Shown: positions 11,190-22,977, numbered from the stretch's first letter. The stretch: DNA of 64,000 nucleotides from an uncultured Flavobacteriales bacterium (GCA_964419045.1 CAYQNO010000013.1:3808-67807), one strand, 5' to 3'. Numbers and translations: made by a program. The notes: generated from the letters alone by a model not told the origin.

Positions 11190-12362
11190 TTAATTCCCGT
11201 CCTGTAAAGAAAGCCTTTCCTGAGCAGCGTTCCCAATTGTCTCCCGTACAGATGGGAACCGCTCGAGAACGGTCTTGAAATCGTCGCTATCAAGAATAAG
11301 TAGCCTACACTCGGTTAACGCAATTGCTGTTGCGTTGCGAACAGTCGTGTGTAAAAGGCCGACCTCACCAAAGAAATTTCCCTGAGTAAGTATAATAGGT
11401 TCGGGATGTAATTCCATTTCGATTTCGCCGGATGCAATGAAGTACATACAATCCGCCTTCTCTCCCTTACGCGCGATCGTATAACGCGCAGGCACGACGA
11501 CTGCATCAAGCAGTCTTGCTATCTCGGCGATAGAGGTTGCATCCAAAGATGAAAAGGCTGGAACTTGTGCTACCATGTTCCAATTAACAACAAAATCTCG
11601 CTTACGCAGTTCAGCTGCAAAACTAGACGCAAATATCCCAGTCCACAGAACGAACAAAGCTATTCCAGTCAGCATCACAATGCCACCAAGGACTTTTCCC
11701 ATGACTGTTACCGGTGTCACATCGCCGTAGCCGACCGTCGTTAATGTAGCGATTGCCCACCACATTGCGTCCGGAATGCTGCCAAACTTCTCTGGTTGAA
11801 CAGCGTTTTCAACCAGAAATATTAGGCTAGATGCGGCAATCAACATGATCAGCATTACCAAAAACGCCGCAACAATAGACCTGCGTTCGTTTTTTATTAC
11901 CGCAACAAATGTTTGTAGAGCAGGTGAGTAACGCGTGAGTTTAAAAATTCTAATAAGCCTAAACATTCTAAGAAATCTGAGGTCAACGTTAACAAAAAAT
12001 GCCAAATAGAATGGTAGGATTGCGAGTAAATCTATCAAAGCATAGGGAGTGAAGGCGTATCTAAAGCGCGATTTCCAAGGTGTGGCTAAATTATCCGTCC
12101 GTTCTTCCACGCAAATCCACAAACGTACTAAATATTCGATGGTAAAAACGACTACTGAGAATATTTCAAAACCAAAAAAATATTGTCTGTACGCAATACG
12201 TAGTTCCGCAACAGTCTCCACGACTACTGCTGCTACATTTAAAATTATCAAGACGACAAGGAATATGTCGATTACGCGACCCATTCCCTCACTCCGGCCA
12301 ACGCCCTCAAACATCTGAAACGTACGATTTCGATATGTTTCCATGCGCCTGTCTCGAAACAA
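11190..12362 (-). CDS. Cyclic-nucleotide-gated potassium channel (6TM + cNMP-binding domain)
   Basis: S4 LRFLRMFRLIRIFKL, selectivity filter TTVGYGD, C-terminal CNBD with FFGEVGLL...RNAT. Confidence 0.9.
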   Translation of the reverse strand: MFRDRRMETYRNRTFQMFEGVGRSEGMGRVIDIFLVVLIILNVAAVVVETVAELRIAYRQYFFGFEIFSVVVFTIEYLVRLWICVEERTDNLATPWKSRFRYAFTPYALIDLLAILPFYLAFFVNVDLRFLRMFRLIRIFKLTRYSPALQTFVAVIKNERRSIVAAFLVMLIMLIAASSLIFLVENAVQPEKFGSIPDAMWWAIATLTTVGYGDVTPVTVMGKVLGGIVMLTGIALFVLWTGIFASSFAAELRKRDFVVNWNMVAQVPAFSSLDATSIAEIARLLDAVVVPARYTIARKGEKADCMYFIASGEIEMELHPEPIILTQGNFFGEVGLLHTTVRNATAIALTECRLLILDSDDFKTVLERFPSVRETIGNAAQERLSLQDGN

Positions 12363-12479
12363 TTTTAACCCTAGAGTTCATTAAGGAAACATTTAAGCTG
12401 CAATTGCATGCCTATAACTAGATGATCATGATAAGGGTAGGTCTGACATCCAGCAATATTCAGACATGTGGCAGGGGCC

Positions 12480-15137
12480 CTATAGCAAGTCGGCAACCAA
12501 AGACTCTATTGCATCTATGGCAGCGTCGGCGGCATCTCCGTTTGGGCCACCTGCCTGTGCCATATCGGGCCGTCCACCTCCACCCTTGCCTCCAACCTGC
12601 GATGAACCAGCACGAACAAGATTTATAGCACTGATACGATCAACCAAATCGTTAGTGACCCCGACAACTAGCGACGCCGTACCATCGTTCACTGAAACAA
12701 CGGCAACCACGCCTGAACCAACTTGATTTTTTAGACTGTCAACTAGTGATTTCAACTCTTTAGGTGGGATGCCGTCTACCTTTCTAGAGAGAAACTTTAC
12801 CCCACTTATATCACGAGATTTGACCCCAGACCCACTGTCGTCACCAGCTGCAACACGGTGGCGTAAATCGCTCAACTCACGTTCCAACCTGCGCTTATCT
12901 TCAAGCAGTGCCGACACCCTACCCGGTAGTGATTCTATTGGTACCTTTGCAAAACGGGCAGCCGTCGCGAGTACTAATTGGTTATTTTCTACATAATTTG
13001 AGGCAGCATCTCCAGTAACCGCCTCAATCCGTCTGATTCCCGCGGCTATTGCAGTCTCCTGCTTAATTATGAAGAATCCTATATCACCTGTTCTCTGGAC
13101 ATGCGTCCCGCCGCAAAGTTCGGTCGAATAAACATTATTTTCTCCTATCCCCATCGATACAACGCGAACCTCATCCCCATATTTTTCTCCAAACAAGGCG
13201 AGGGCGCCTGCCTCAATGGCATCTTCAGGAGCCATTAGTCGTGTAACAACGATCAAATTATCACGAATACGCGTATTTATTTCCCGCTCAATTATCGCCA
13301 GTTCATCGTCGGCTAGTGGTTTTTGGTGACTGAAGTCGAAGCGAAGATAATCAGGCGCGACTAGCGAACCCTTCTGCGTCACGTGATTACCGAGTTGCCG
13401 TCTCAACACTTCGTGTAAAAGATGAGTAGCCGAGTGATTAGCGCGCAGTGACGCACGATGCTTCAAGTCAACATTCATCTTTAACGAATCTCCAACGCGC
13501 ATTACGCCTTTTGTCACCTGCCCCATGTGGACAATAAGAGCTCCTAGGCGACGTTGGGTGTCTTCTACTATAACCTCTGCACTGCCTTCTGAAAAAGCTA
13601 CGCCCTTATCTCCGAGTTGCCCACCCGCTTCGGCATAAAATGGCGTTTGATTCGTAACAAACTCTACTGCAGAACCATTGCTGGCCTCCTGCACAGGACT
13701 ACCGTCAATCAAAAGAGCTAATATCCTACCTTCTAGGGACTGGCTATCATAACCTAAGAACTCACTGGCGCCGACAGAGGCATGAATATCAAACCAGATC
13801 GCGTCGGTTGACGTATCACCCGACCCGGACCATGCATCACGCGCCTCAGAGCGCTGGCGGTCCATAGCGACCTCGAAGGCCGCCGTATCTACTTTCCATC
13901 CTCGATCTCGTAAGATAGCTTGTGTCAAATCGAGTGGAAATCCATAGGTATCGTAAAGTCGAAACGCCACCTCACCGTCAAGAACTGAGCCCGGTTCAAT
14001 GGCATTTACAGCTTCATCCAGCAGTTTCAATCCTCGATCAAGCGTATTCTTAAAGCGAGTTTCCTCAAATTTTAATGTCTCAGATATCAGAGCTTCAGCC
14101 CGAACAAGTTCAGGAAAAGTCTGCCCCATCAATTGAACTAGTGTAGGGACTAAGCGCCAAATTATTGGCTCTTCAGCGTTTAACATATGAGCATGTCGCA
14201 TTGCACGGCGCATAATGCGACGCAATACATAACCACGGCCTTCGTTCGAAGGCAGTACACCATCAGCAATAAGAAAACAGCTGGATCGCAAGTGATCAGC
14301 AATTACGCGATGGGATACAGCGTGTTCACCGCTGATTGTAGCACCACACGCCTCGACAGATGCGGCAACAAGTGCATAAAACAAATCGGTATCATAAACG
14401 TCACGCTTACCCTGAAGCACTGCAGCAATACGTTCAAGTCCCATGCCAGTATCTATCGACGGTTTAGGCAACGGTAAGCGCGTATCACTCGAAATTTGCT
14501 CGAATTGCATAAAAACTAGGTTCCAAATCTCAACAAACCTGTTGCCATCTTCATCAGCGCTACCAGGTGGGCCACCTGGCACATCCGAGCCATGGTCGTA
14601 AAAAATTTCAGAACATGGACCGCATGGGCCTGTATCTCCCATGGACCAAAAATTGTCGGCTGTCCCTATGCGAATAATTCGTGAATCAGCAAGACCAGAA
14701 ATTTTACGCCATAACGTAAAGGCCTCTTCATCCTCGGAATAAACCGTTACCAGCAATCGTTCTTCAGGTATGCCAAACTCTTTAGTAATCAAATTCCACG
14801 CCAATTCTATTGCAAAATCCTTGAAATAGTCACCGAACGAAAAATTTCCCAACATTTCGAAAAATGTATGGTGACGCGCCGTGTATCCAACATTTTCAAG
14901 GTCGTTGTGTTTTCCACCTGCACGCAGACATTTTTGGGAGGTCACCGCCCTTTTGTAGGGACGCTGCTCAGCACCGACCAATACGTTTTTGAACTGCACC
15001 ATGCCCGCATTGGTGAATAGCAAGGTCGGATCATTCATTGGAACAAGCGGAGACGATGCTACAACTTCATGATCGTGGTGCTTAAAATAGTTAAGAAATG
15101 TGGAACGAATTTCGTCAGAGCTGGTCATAAAACTCAA
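12480..15137 (-). CDS. alaS: Alanine--tRNA ligase
   Basis: [37 protein letters not shown] and ELCGGTH editing motifs, GGGGRP. Confidence 0.98.
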   Translation of the reverse strand: MSFMTSSDEIRSTFLNYFKHHDHEVVASSPLVPMNDPTLLFTNAGMVQFKNVLVGAEQRPYKRAVTSQKCLRAGGKHNDLENVGYTARHHTFFEMLGNFSFGDYFKDFAIELAWNLITKEFGIPEERLLVTVYSEDEEAFTLWRKISGLADSRIIRIGTADNFWSMGDTGPCGPCSEIFYDHGSDVPGGPPGSADEDGNRFVEIWNLVFMQFEQISSDTRLPLPKPSIDTGMGLERIAAVLQGKRDVYDTDLFYALVAASVEACGATISGEHAVSHRVIADHLRSSCFLIADGVLPSNEGRGYVLRRIMRRAMRHAHMLNAEEPIIWRLVPTLVQLMGQTFPELVRAEALISETLKFEETRFKNTLDRGLKLLDEAVNAIEPGSVLDGEVAFRLYDTYGFPLDLTQAILRDRGWKVDTAAFEVAMDRQRSEARDAWSGSGDTSTDAIWFDIHASVGASEFLGYDSQSLEGRILALLIDGSPVQEASNGSAVEFVTNQTPFYAEAGGQLGDKGVAFSEGSAEVIVEDTQRRLGALIVHMGQVTKGVMRVGDSLKMNVDLKHRASLRANHSATHLLHEVLRRQLGNHVTQKGSLVAPDYLRFDFSHQKPLADDELAIIEREINTRIRDNLIVVTRLMAPEDAIEAGALALFGEKYGDEVRVVSMGIGENNVYSTELCGGTHVQRTGDIGFFIIKQETAIAAGIRRIEAVTGDAASNYVENNQLVLATAARFAKVPIESLPGRVSALLEDKRRLERELSDLRHRVAAGDDSGSGVKSRDISGVKFLSRKVDGIPPKELKSLVDSLKNQVGSGVVAVVSVNDGTASLVVGVTNDLVDRISAINLVRAGSSQVGGKGGGGRPDMAQAGGPNGDAADAAIDAIESLVADLL

Positions 15138-15396
15138 AGCGGTTAAACGGGCACCACGACTCCTGGAAATTAAGGCTAATACGGTGGAGCTTCAGAGAAA
15201 TTAACTTAGAAAATCTTACGATCTCCGAATCAACTGATAACTGCTTTTATCCTGCACAATATCAAGTGTAAACAGATCTAACGTTATATTGGTTGGAGTT
15301 GGCATATCTCAACATTTATAAATTACGCGGATAAACAAAACTTTAGAGTAGCAATTGCTAGTCAGGTAGCAAGATTAGAATATATAGAATAGATAC

Positions 15397-16500
15397 CTAT
15401 CTGTCTTTAACAGTACTCTCTTTTGTATCTTCATCCGGTGTTTTAGACTCTGACGATAAGTCAAGCATAGTCTCAGGCATTAACCCTGAATTTTCTCTGA
15501 TTTTTTGTTCTATGGAAACAGCAATTTCTGGGTTTTCTCGAAGAAATGTCTTTGTGTTTTCACGACCTTGCCCAATTCGTTGGCCATCATATGAAAACCA
15601 AGATCCAGATTTCTCTACTATACCAGCATTAACTCCTAAATCTAATAGCTCGCCTGTTTTTGATATACCTTCACCATACATGATATCAAACTCAACAACC
15701 TTGAATGGTGGCGCCATTTTATTCTTAACCACCTTTACTCTAGTCTGGTTGCCTACGATGTCATCGCGATCCTTGATTGCCCCGATACGGCGAATATCCA
15801 ATCGGACACTCGAGTAAAATTTGAGCGCATTGCCACCCGAGGTCGTCTCTGGGCTACCGAACATCACACCAATTTTCATACGAATTTGATTTATAAAGAC
15901 TACCATACATCGTGAGCGCGAAATTGAGCCTGTAAGCTTACGCAGCGCCTGGCTCATCAAACGCGCTTGAAGTCCCACATGTGTGTCGCCCATTTCGCCT
16001 TCAAGCTCTGCCCGTGGCACGAGGGCGGCAACTGAATCGACAACAAGGACATCTATCGCACCGGATCGTACAAGTGTATCGCCAATCTCTAATGCCTGTT
16101 CACCGGCATCAGGCTGCGATATCAACAATTCTTCTACATCTACTCCGAGCTTACGCGCATACACTGGATCAAGTGCATGCTCAGCATCTACAAAAGCACA
16201 TGTACCACCAAGTCTTTGCGCTTCGGCAATTACATGCAACGCCAAAGTGGTTTTACCGGAACTCTCAGGTCCATAAATTTCCACAACTCGACCACGTGGA
16301 AGGCCACCGATACCGAGCGCTATATCTAGCCCCAACGAGCCAGTAGAAACCGATTCGACCTCAACCACCTTATCATTTTGGCCAAGTTTCATAACCGAGC
16401 CTTTACCGAAGGATCGTTCAATTTGGGAAAGGGCGGCGTCTAGTGCTTTTTGTTTATCCATCAAATCATTTTCAACAAGGCGCAAGGCAGATTGTGGCAT
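15397..16500 (-). CDS. recA: Recombinase RecA
   Basis: [25 protein letters not shown]. Start moved from the track's 16551 to ATG 16500, which has a GGAGG RBS and lies downstream of the SOS boxes. Confidence 0.98.
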   Translation of the reverse strand: MPQSALRLVENDLMDKQKALDAALSQIERSFGKGSVMKLGQNDKVVEVESVSTGSLGLDIALGIGGLPRGRVVEIYGPESSGKTTLALHVIAEAQRLGGTCAFVDAEHALDPVYARKLGVDVEELLISQPDAGEQALEIGDTLVRSGAIDVLVVDSVAALVPRAELEGEMGDTHVGLQARLMSQALRKLTGSISRSRCMVVFINQIRMKIGVMFGSPETTSGGNALKFYSSVRLDIRRIGAIKDRDDIVGNQTRVKVVKNKMAPPFKVVEFDIMYGEGISKTGELLDLGVNAGIVEKSGSWFSYDGQRIGQGRENTKTFLRENPEIAVSIEQKIRENSGLMPETMLDLSSESKTPDEDTKESTVKDR

Positions 16501-16553
16501 AAGTTGCTCCCTCCTTATTTCACATGCACGGATGTGATGCAATGAAGGCATAT

Positions 16554-16568
16554 GTACATGATTTGTTC
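16554..16568 (-). promoter_or_regulatory. Alphaproteobacterial LexA (SOS) box, GAAC-N7-GTAC variant
   Basis: Plus strand GTAC-atgattt-GTTC, 54 nt upstream of the recA ATG; matches the known alpha LexA direct-repeat variant. Confidence 0.75.
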
Positions 16569-16578
16569 TTTATTACAA

Positions 16579-16593
16579 GTTCTTTTTTTGTTC
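16579..16593 (-). promoter_or_regulatory. Alphaproteobacterial LexA (SOS) box, GAAC-N7-GAAC
   Basis: Plus strand GTTC-ttttttt-GTTC, a perfect alpha consensus upstream of recA. Confidence 0.85.
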
Positions 16594-16707
16594 TATAAGA
16601 CTTCTTTCAGTAAAATTATATAAATAAACTCAGATTTGACATGTATAAATCTACTTCCTAGGTAGTCGAACCCGGCAATTTCTAACTGATACCAAAGTAT
16701 CACTGAA

Positions 16708-17115
16708 TTAGGAAACTCGTTGGATACGTTCCATGCGTTCGTGACGCTCCTGCGCCTCCAAACTTAACGTCGCTATCGGTCGAGCCTGAAGTCGACGAAG
16801 GGAAATCGGTTCGTGTGTATCCTCACAATATCCGTAAGTTCCTCCATCAATACGCCTAAGAGCTTCGTTGATCTTGGCAATTAACTTCCGTTCACGGTCC
16901 CGTGTTCGCAACTCGAGTGCCCGTTCGCTCTCTAGAGTAGCCCGATCCCCGGGATCAGGTTCAGCAGCACTTAACTCTTGAAGATGTTGCACCGTTATAT
17001 TGGAATCCTTCAAAAGTTCATTCTTCCACGTGAGAAGTTTTTTACGAAAATACTCGAGCTGCCGCGGACTCATAAACTCCTCTGTCTCGCTGGGATGATA
17101 GTCAGGAGAAAGCAT
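16708..17115 (-). CDS. dksA: RNA polymerase-binding transcription factor DksA (alpha-type, one Cys)
   Basis: EEFMSPRQLEYFR, coiled-coil tip DPGDRA, GYCEDT...RLQARPIAT. Confidence 0.93.
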   Translation of the reverse strand: MLSPDYHPSETEEFMSPRQLEYFRKKLLTWKNELLKDSNITVQHLQELSAAEPDPGDRATLESERALELRTRDRERKLIAKINEALRRIDGGTYGYCEDTHEPISLRRLQARPIATLSLEAQERHERMERIQRVS

Positions 17116-17510
17116 TTTCCGTATCTGGTACCCAAAAGAAAAGTACTAAAGTACAATTAGGCGTAAGTTATATAAAATTTAGTCATTGGCGGACAAGATC
17201 ATGATTAAATACTTTCCATTAAAACTCTCGAGTAGCCCCTAAACAGTCAAAAAACACAATTAACAGTTAACTGATTGTATGGATAACAAAGACTTGTATA
17301 CAACTAACACCTGGGCAACTGATCTAATTTTAGTATCACCTTTTCGTTTAATGCCTTCGTTTTCAATTCAAAGTGAATACTAACACAAAAATCCAGTAGA
17401 TATTTTTATCCGCATTAAAGCTCGGTTACCTGGGTTGTCAACGAGTTATACCATAGGTTATATCCTCCTGCGGACGGGACAATTAAATTTGCAACCTTGT
17501 ACATTTCTCA

Positions 17511-17696
17511 ATGACGAAACACATAGCTCCCGGTGATTTTGTCCGTAATCCCGCAATGGCGGATTGGGGACTTGGTCAGGTTCAGTCTAAAATTGAGGAC
17601 CGCGTTACTGTTAATTTTGAAAATCAAGGCAAGGTACTAATCAATATCGACTTTGCAATGTTGGCTTTAGCTGAAGAAGAAGCGCAACGAGAATAA
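17511..17696 (+). CDS. DUF3553-like small protein
   Basis: PGDFVRNP..DWGLGQVQS.I..RVTVNFENQGK pattern. Confidence 0.75.
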   Translation: MTKHIAPGDFVRNPAMADWGLGQVQSKIEDRVTVNFENQGKVLINIDFAMLALAEEEAQRE

Positions 17697-17775
17697 AAAA
17701 ATTTTACCTATTATACTAAGTCCGTAACGACGATATAGCTCAATTTTGGCACGATCTGATTTCAACGGTGAATTT

Positions 17776-19494
17776 ATGGCACAAGAGCCTCAACATAGTG
17801 GAAGATACAAACATCCCGGGGCAGGCCGTAAACGCGGCAGGTCTAAGCCCAAAGGGCGCCAAGTTGATTTACAGGCACTGGAAGAAATCCAAAAGTTGCT
17901 TGGCGATAGATCTAGACAACGTGATTTGTTGATCGAATATCTTCATCTTATTCAGGATGAGTTCAACCAGTTGTCTGCTGACCATCTAGCTGCGCTAGCA
18001 CGTGAAATGGGATTGGCACTTGCAGAGGTTTACGAAGTAGCTACATTTTATGCACATTTTGATATTGCTAAGAAGGGAGAAGTTGCACCCAATATCACCA
18101 TAAGAGTTTGTGATAGTCTTACTTGCGACATGATGGGTGCGCAAAATCTTATTGATCAACTCAAAAGAAGCGTGGGTGATAACATTCGAGTAATTCGGGC
18201 ACCGTGCATGGGGCGGTGTGATACAGCGCCTGTTGCAGAAGTTGGCCACAACCATATTACACTTGCAGAAAAAAATTCTGTGATCGAGGCAGCCAACTCT
18301 GGGCAAACGAACCCGGAAATACCAACTTATAAAGATTATAGCGCTTATGTTGCAGATGGTGGATATGCTTTGCTACATGAGTGTATTGAGGGAATGCGAA
18401 CGGTAGATGAAGTCATAGCAACGGTTAATGATTCTTCTTTGCGAGGATTCGGTGGTGCCGGATTTCCGACAGGAAGAAAGTGGAAAATTGTTAGAGAAGA
18501 GCCAAAACCACGATTAATGGCAGTTAACGCGGATGAGGGTGAACCTGGAACTTTCAAAGATCGCTTTTATATGGAGACCGACCCTCACCGTTTCCTAGAA
18601 GGAATGCTAATTGCTGCATGGGCCGTAGAGGCAGACGACGTTTATATTTATCTGCGTGACGAATATCCTCAAATCAGAAATATTCTATTATCGGAGATAG
18701 AGGTAATTGAGGACGCTGGACTTACAGCACACACCAAGTTGCATCTTCGACGTGGTGCAGGCGCATATATTTGTGGCGAAGAGTCGGCTATGCTTGAGAG
18801 TATTGAAGGCAAACGTGGGATGCCGCGCCATCGCCCTCCATTTGTTGCACAGGTCGGGCTTTGGAACCGACCAACACTTGTTAACAACGTTGAAACGCTA
18901 TTCTGGGTGCGCGATATACTGGAAAAAGGACCTGACTGGTTTGCAAATCATGGCCGAAACGGCGGGGCAGGCCTGCGTAGTTTTTCTGTTTCGGGCCGCG
19001 TAAATAATCCGGGTGTAAAGCTTGCGCCAGCTGGAATCACAGTTACTGAACTTATTGAAGAATTTTGTGGCGGAATGCTTAAGGGTCAAAAGTTTAAGGG
19101 CTATTTGCCAGGGGGCGCATCAGGCGGCTTTCTGCCAGCTTCCATGGGGAACTTACCACTGGAGTTCGGACAACTAGAAAAATACGGTAGTTTCGTGGGT
19201 TCGCACGCGGTCGTCATACTCTCAGAGATCGACAACATGTGTGATGTGGCCTTGAACCTAATGCGATTTTTTGAAGATGAAAGTTGTGGTCAATGTACGC
19301 CCTGTCGTGTAGGCACAGAAAAAGCAGTTAAGCTCATGGAACATGATGGATGGAATACAGAACTCCTAGAGGAACTTTCACAGACAATGACCGATGCTTC
19401 AATCTGTGGCCTCGGCCAAGCTGCGGCAAATCCATTGAAAAGTTTGATGAAGTATTTTCCTGAGGATATACCAAGAGTGGATGTAGCAACTTAG
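17776..19494 (+). CDS. NAD-linked formate dehydrogenase beta subunit (NuoE+NuoF-like fusion: [2Fe-2S], FMN, [4Fe-4S])
   Basis: VCDSLTC...PCMGRC, LRGFGGAGFPTG, NADEGEPGTFKDR, YICGEE, SCGQCTPCR...C; directly upstream of the FDH alpha subunit. ATG 17776 preferred over TTG 17746. Confidence 0.9.
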   Translation: MAQEPQHSGRYKHPGAGRKRGRSKPKGRQVDLQALEEIQKLLGDRSRQRDLLIEYLHLIQDEFNQLSADHLAALAREMGLALAEVYEVATFYAHFDIAKKGEVAPNITIRVCDSLTCDMMGAQNLIDQLKRSVGDNIRVIRAPCMGRCDTAPVAEVGHNHITLAEKNSVIEAANSGQTNPEIPTYKDYSAYVADGGYALLHECIEGMRTVDEVIATVNDSSLRGFGGAGFPTGRKWKIVREEPKPRLMAVNADEGEPGTFKDRFYMETDPHRFLEGMLIAAWAVEADDVYIYLRDEYPQIRNILLSEIEVIEDAGLTAHTKLHLRRGAGAYICGEESAMLESIEGKRGMPRHRPPFVAQVGLWNRPTLVNNVETLFWVRDILEKGPDWFANHGRNGGAGLRSFSVSGRVNNPGVKLAPAGITVTELIEEFCGGMLKGQKFKGYLPGGASGGFLPASMGNLPLEFGQLEKYGSFVGSHAVVILSEIDNMCDVALNLMRFFEDESCGQCTPCRVGTEKAVKLMEHDGWNTELLEELSQTMTDASICGLGQAAANPLKSLMKYFPEDIPRVDVAT

Positions 19495-19577
19495 GACTAG
19501 TCGTGAAACATACTATTCCAATCATTATGTTATGTCTAAGTTACTTGTCTGTTAGGTATGAGGTGAGAGACTGATAC

Positions 19578-22328
19578 ATGTCTGAGACAATCCGCTTTTC
19601 TCTCGACGGTAATGAGGTCGAGGCAGTTCCGGGCGAAACTATTTGGCAAATCGCAAGTCGGCTAGGAATTGAGATTCCTCATCTGTGTTTTACACCCAAG
19701 CCTGGCTACAGACCGGATGGTAACTGCCGTGCATGTATGGTGGAAATAGAGGGCGAGCGTGTTTTAGCCGCATCCTGTATCCGCCCACCCACGTCCGGCA
19801 TGAAAGTAATAACTACTTCAAATCGTGCAAAACACGCGCGTCGAACTGTAATGGAACTGCTGATTGCTGACCAACCTGAACGGCAAAAAAGCCATGATCC
19901 AGAGTCCGACCTTTGGCAATGGTCCGACCAAATTGATATAGATTCTAGCCGTTTTCCAACGCGCAACAGTCCAAGTGCTGACTCAAGCCACGCAGCCATG
20001 CGCGTTAACCTCGATGCCTGTATTCACTGTAATCTTTGCGTCCGTGCCTGCCGAGAAGTGCAGGTTAACGATGTAATAGGAATGGCTGGTCGTGGATCGG
20101 ATTCAAAAATCGTTTTCGACTTTGACGATCCTATGGGTCAGTCAACCTGCGTTGCATGTGGCGAATGCGTACAGGCCTGCCCAACGGGTGCTTTGATGGA
20201 GTCTTCGCTACTCGACGAAAATGGCACAAGGATCAATTACTCTGACGAGCGGGTCCATAGCGTTTGCCCATACTGCGGTGTCGGTTGCCAGATCACATAT
20301 AATAAGAAAGATGGGGAAATTCTCTATGTAGACGGCCGTGAGGGACCAGCTAATAGGAATAGGCTGTGTGTCAAAGGACGCTTTGGATTTGACTATGTGA
20401 CGCATCCCCACCGCCTGACTAAGCCGTTGGTTCGCCGTGCAGATGTCAAAAAGGATGCAAACGACTTCGTTGATCCAGCTAACCCGTTTACACACTTTCG
20501 AGAGGTTAGCTGGGAAGAGGCGCTGGAATGTGCTTCCGATGGCCTACGTGGGATACGTGACGAATATGGTGGTGCTTCACTAGCCGGATTTGGCTCGGCC
20601 AAAGGCTCTAATGAGGAAGCGTATTTGTTTCAGAAATTGGTACGTACGGGATTTGGTACTAACAATGTTGACCATTGTACACGCCTCTGCCATGCATCTT
20701 CTGTTGCGGCATTGATGGAATGCGTGGGGTCAGCTGCGGTCACAGCGCCATTCACGGCATGCGAAGACGCTGACGTCATGATTGTCATCGGAGCCAATCC
20801 AACAGAGAACCACCCTGTCGCAGCTACATTTTTTAAGCAGGCAGTAAAAAGGGGTGCAACTTTGATTGTTGCCGATCCACGTGGTCAGGCATTGAAACGT
20901 CACGCGACTCATATGCTTCAGTTTAAACCTGGAACGGATGTAGCTCTCTTAAACGCACTTATAAACACTATAATTCAGGAAAAACTTTACGACAGGCAGT
21001 ATATTGAAGCCCATACTGAGGGCTTTGAGCAGCTCAAGGAAAGCATATTACCCTTTACTCCAGAAGCGATGTCTGACATCTGTGGGATAGATGCGGATAC
21101 ATTAAAAACAGTTGCCCGCACATATGCCCGTGCGAAGGCAGCAATTATATTTTGGGGTATGGGTATCTCGCAGAGCACACACGGCACTGACAATGCTCGC
21201 TGTCTCATTGACTTGTCACTAATCACCGGACAAGTCGGCCGGCCCGGAACCGGACTGCACCCCCTAAGAGGCCAAAATAACGTTCAAGGTGCATCAGATG
21301 CAGGTCTTATTCCTATGGTTTATCCTGACTACCAGCCCGTAGATGCTGTGGACAACATCGCCAAGTTCCAAGACTTTTGGGATACTAAACTCAACCCGGA
21401 AAAGGGCCTAACAGTAGTAGAAATTATGGCAGCTGTTCACTCCAAGGAAATTCGTGGAATGTACATTATGGGTGAAAATCCGGCTATGTCCGACCCCGAT
21501 GCGAATCATGCGCGTGAAGGGCTTGCTATGCTAGAACACCTTGTCGTTCAGGATATTTTCCTTACCGAGACAGCCTTTCACGCAGACGTAGTGTTGCCGG
21601 CATCCGCATGGCCTGAAAAGGATGGCACTGTCACCAATACTAACCGTCAGGTTCAGATGGGAAGACAAGCGCTGGAAATGCCAGGCGATGTACGACAGGA
21701 CTGGTGGATCATCCAAGAAATTGCTAGAGGGATAGGTCTTCACTGGAACTACGGCCATCCACGCGATATTTTTGTTGAAATGGCGCAGATTATGCCTTCG
21801 CTCAAAAACATTTCGTGGGAGCGTTTAGAACAAGAAGATTCAGTAACGTACCCTTCACTATCACCAGACAAACCGGGCGAAGAAATAGTGTTTGGTGATG
21901 GGTTCCCGACTGAATCAGGCCGAGCTAAACTAAAGTCTACGACAGTCATTCCGCCTAATGAACTGCCAGACGAAGAATATCCTATGATATTGACGACAGG
22001 GAGGCAGCTTGAGCATTGGCATACGGGTGCTATCACGCGACGGGCCACGTTACTTGATGAACTAGAACCGGAAGCAGTAGCAAGCCTTAGCCCGGGCGAT
22101 ATAGCCGGGCTTGGTATAGCACCAGGAGATGTGGTCAGAATTGAGACACGACGTGGGACAGTAGAACTAAGAGCACGAATTGATGAAGCACTACCCGACG
22201 GTGTAGTCTTCATTCCCTTTTGTTTTGCGGAGGCACCAGCAAACGTCCTGACAAATCCACAACTGGACCCAATTGGTAAAATCCCTGAATTTAAATTCTG
22301 TGCCGCTCGGATCGAAGCCAGGCAGTAA
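19578..22328 (+). CDS. fdhF: Formate dehydrogenase alpha subunit (Mo/W-bisPGD, Cys ligand)
   Basis: N-terminal [2Fe-2S], two ferredoxin motifs (CIHCNLC, CVACGEC), CPYCGVGC, active-site CTRLCH, LRGQNNVQG. Confidence 0.93.
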   Translation: MSETIRFSLDGNEVEAVPGETIWQIASRLGIEIPHLCFTPKPGYRPDGNCRACMVEIEGERVLAASCIRPPTSGMKVITTSNRAKHARRTVMELLIADQPERQKSHDPESDLWQWSDQIDIDSSRFPTRNSPSADSSHAAMRVNLDACIHCNLCVRACREVQVNDVIGMAGRGSDSKIVFDFDDPMGQSTCVACGECVQACPTGALMESSLLDENGTRINYSDERVHSVCPYCGVGCQITYNKKDGEILYVDGREGPANRNRLCVKGRFGFDYVTHPHRLTKPLVRRADVKKDANDFVDPANPFTHFREVSWEEALECASDGLRGIRDEYGGASLAGFGSAKGSNEEAYLFQKLVRTGFGTNNVDHCTRLCHASSVAALMECVGSAAVTAPFTACEDADVMIVIGANPTENHPVAATFFKQAVKRGATLIVADPRGQALKRHATHMLQFKPGTDVALLNALINTIIQEKLYDRQYIEAHTEGFEQLKESILPFTPEAMSDICGIDADTLKTVARTYARAKAAIIFWGMGISQSTHGTDNARCLIDLSLITGQVGRPGTGLHPLRGQNNVQGASDAGLIPMVYPDYQPVDAVDNIAKFQDFWDTKLNPEKGLTVVEIMAAVHSKEIRGMYIMGENPAMSDPDANHAREGLAMLEHLVVQDIFLTETAFHADVVLPASAWPEKDGTVTNTNRQVQMGRQALEMPGDVRQDWWIIQEIARGIGLHWNYGHPRDIFVEMAQIMPSLKNISWERLEQEDSVTYPSLSPDKPGEEIVFGDGFPTESGRAKLKSTTVIPPNELPDEEYPMILTTGRQLEHWHTGAITRRATLLDELEPEAVASLSPGDIAGLGIAPGDVVRIETRRGTVELRARIDEALPDGVVFIPFCFAEAPANVLTNPQLDPIGKIPEFKFCAARIEARQ

Positions 22329-22365
22329 ACTATGTAACGAGTTTACCCAATAGTAGGTGTGCCCA

Positions 22366-22977
22366 CTATACCTGCGAGATAAGTCGTTCTGCTTCTGTAA
22401 GATCCTCGAGCTTGTTTGTATTAAAGAACGGATCGATTGGGGTAGTGCTGAACTCTGCTTTTGCAAGCCGATAGCATCCTGTGAAGGTGTCTATTTTTCG
22501 GATGTTCATATTGACCAGCGCTCGACGTAATTCTTCCCGCAAATCGACCGGCCAAAGACCTATAACTGGATGAGCGCGCCCAGCAGAGGCGGCGCATGCT
22601 AATTCAGCGTTGTCCTTTACCAATACCTCGCGCAAGCGTGTCACAAGATCCAAAGGTAAGAACGGAGTATCACTCGGAATACTCACTACCCAAGAAGAAT
22701 CCGGAGAGTGTTCAGCTGCCCAGTCCATTCCGCTTAAAATTCCTGCAAGTGGACCAGAAAATCCTGGGACAACATCTGAAACTACCGGCAATTTAAATCT
22801 GGCAAACCTTTTTGGGTCACCGTTGGCACTGAGTACTAGCTGATCTACCTGATCATAAACACGTTCAACGATACGTGCTAATATGGTTGAATCACCAATT
22901 TGCCTCAGACATTTATCTCCCCCACCCATGCGACGGGATAAACCACCTGCAAGCAACACACCTAAAATACTTCCCAA
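22366..22977 (-). CDS. mobA: Molybdenum cofactor guanylyltransferase
   Basis: LLAGGLSRRMGGGDK, GPLAGI, DTPFLP, FFNTN. Confidence 0.93.
   Translation of the reverse strand: MGSILGVLLAGGLSRRMGGGDKCLRQIGDSTILARIVERVYDQVDQLVLSANGDPKRFARFKLPVVSDVVPGFSGPLAGILSGMDWAAEHSPDSSWVVSIPSDTPFLPLDLVTRLREVLVKDNAELACAASAGRAHPVIGLWPVDLREELRRALVNMNIRKIDTFTGCYRLAKAEFSTTPIDPFFNTNKLEDLTEAERLISQV

Noticed and set aside
17305-17325. CACCTGGGCAACTGAT upstream of the FDH genes resembles part of the E. coli moaA Moco riboswitch as I recall it
   Set aside because: Short match only; I could not build the flanking P1-P5 stems, and it lies about 450 nt from the FDH start with another gene between. An Infernal scan with the Rfam Moco model would settle it.
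19578-22328. Selenocysteine or recoding in the FDH alpha subunit
   Set aside because: The active-site residue is an ordinary Cys codon and the ORF is uninterrupted.
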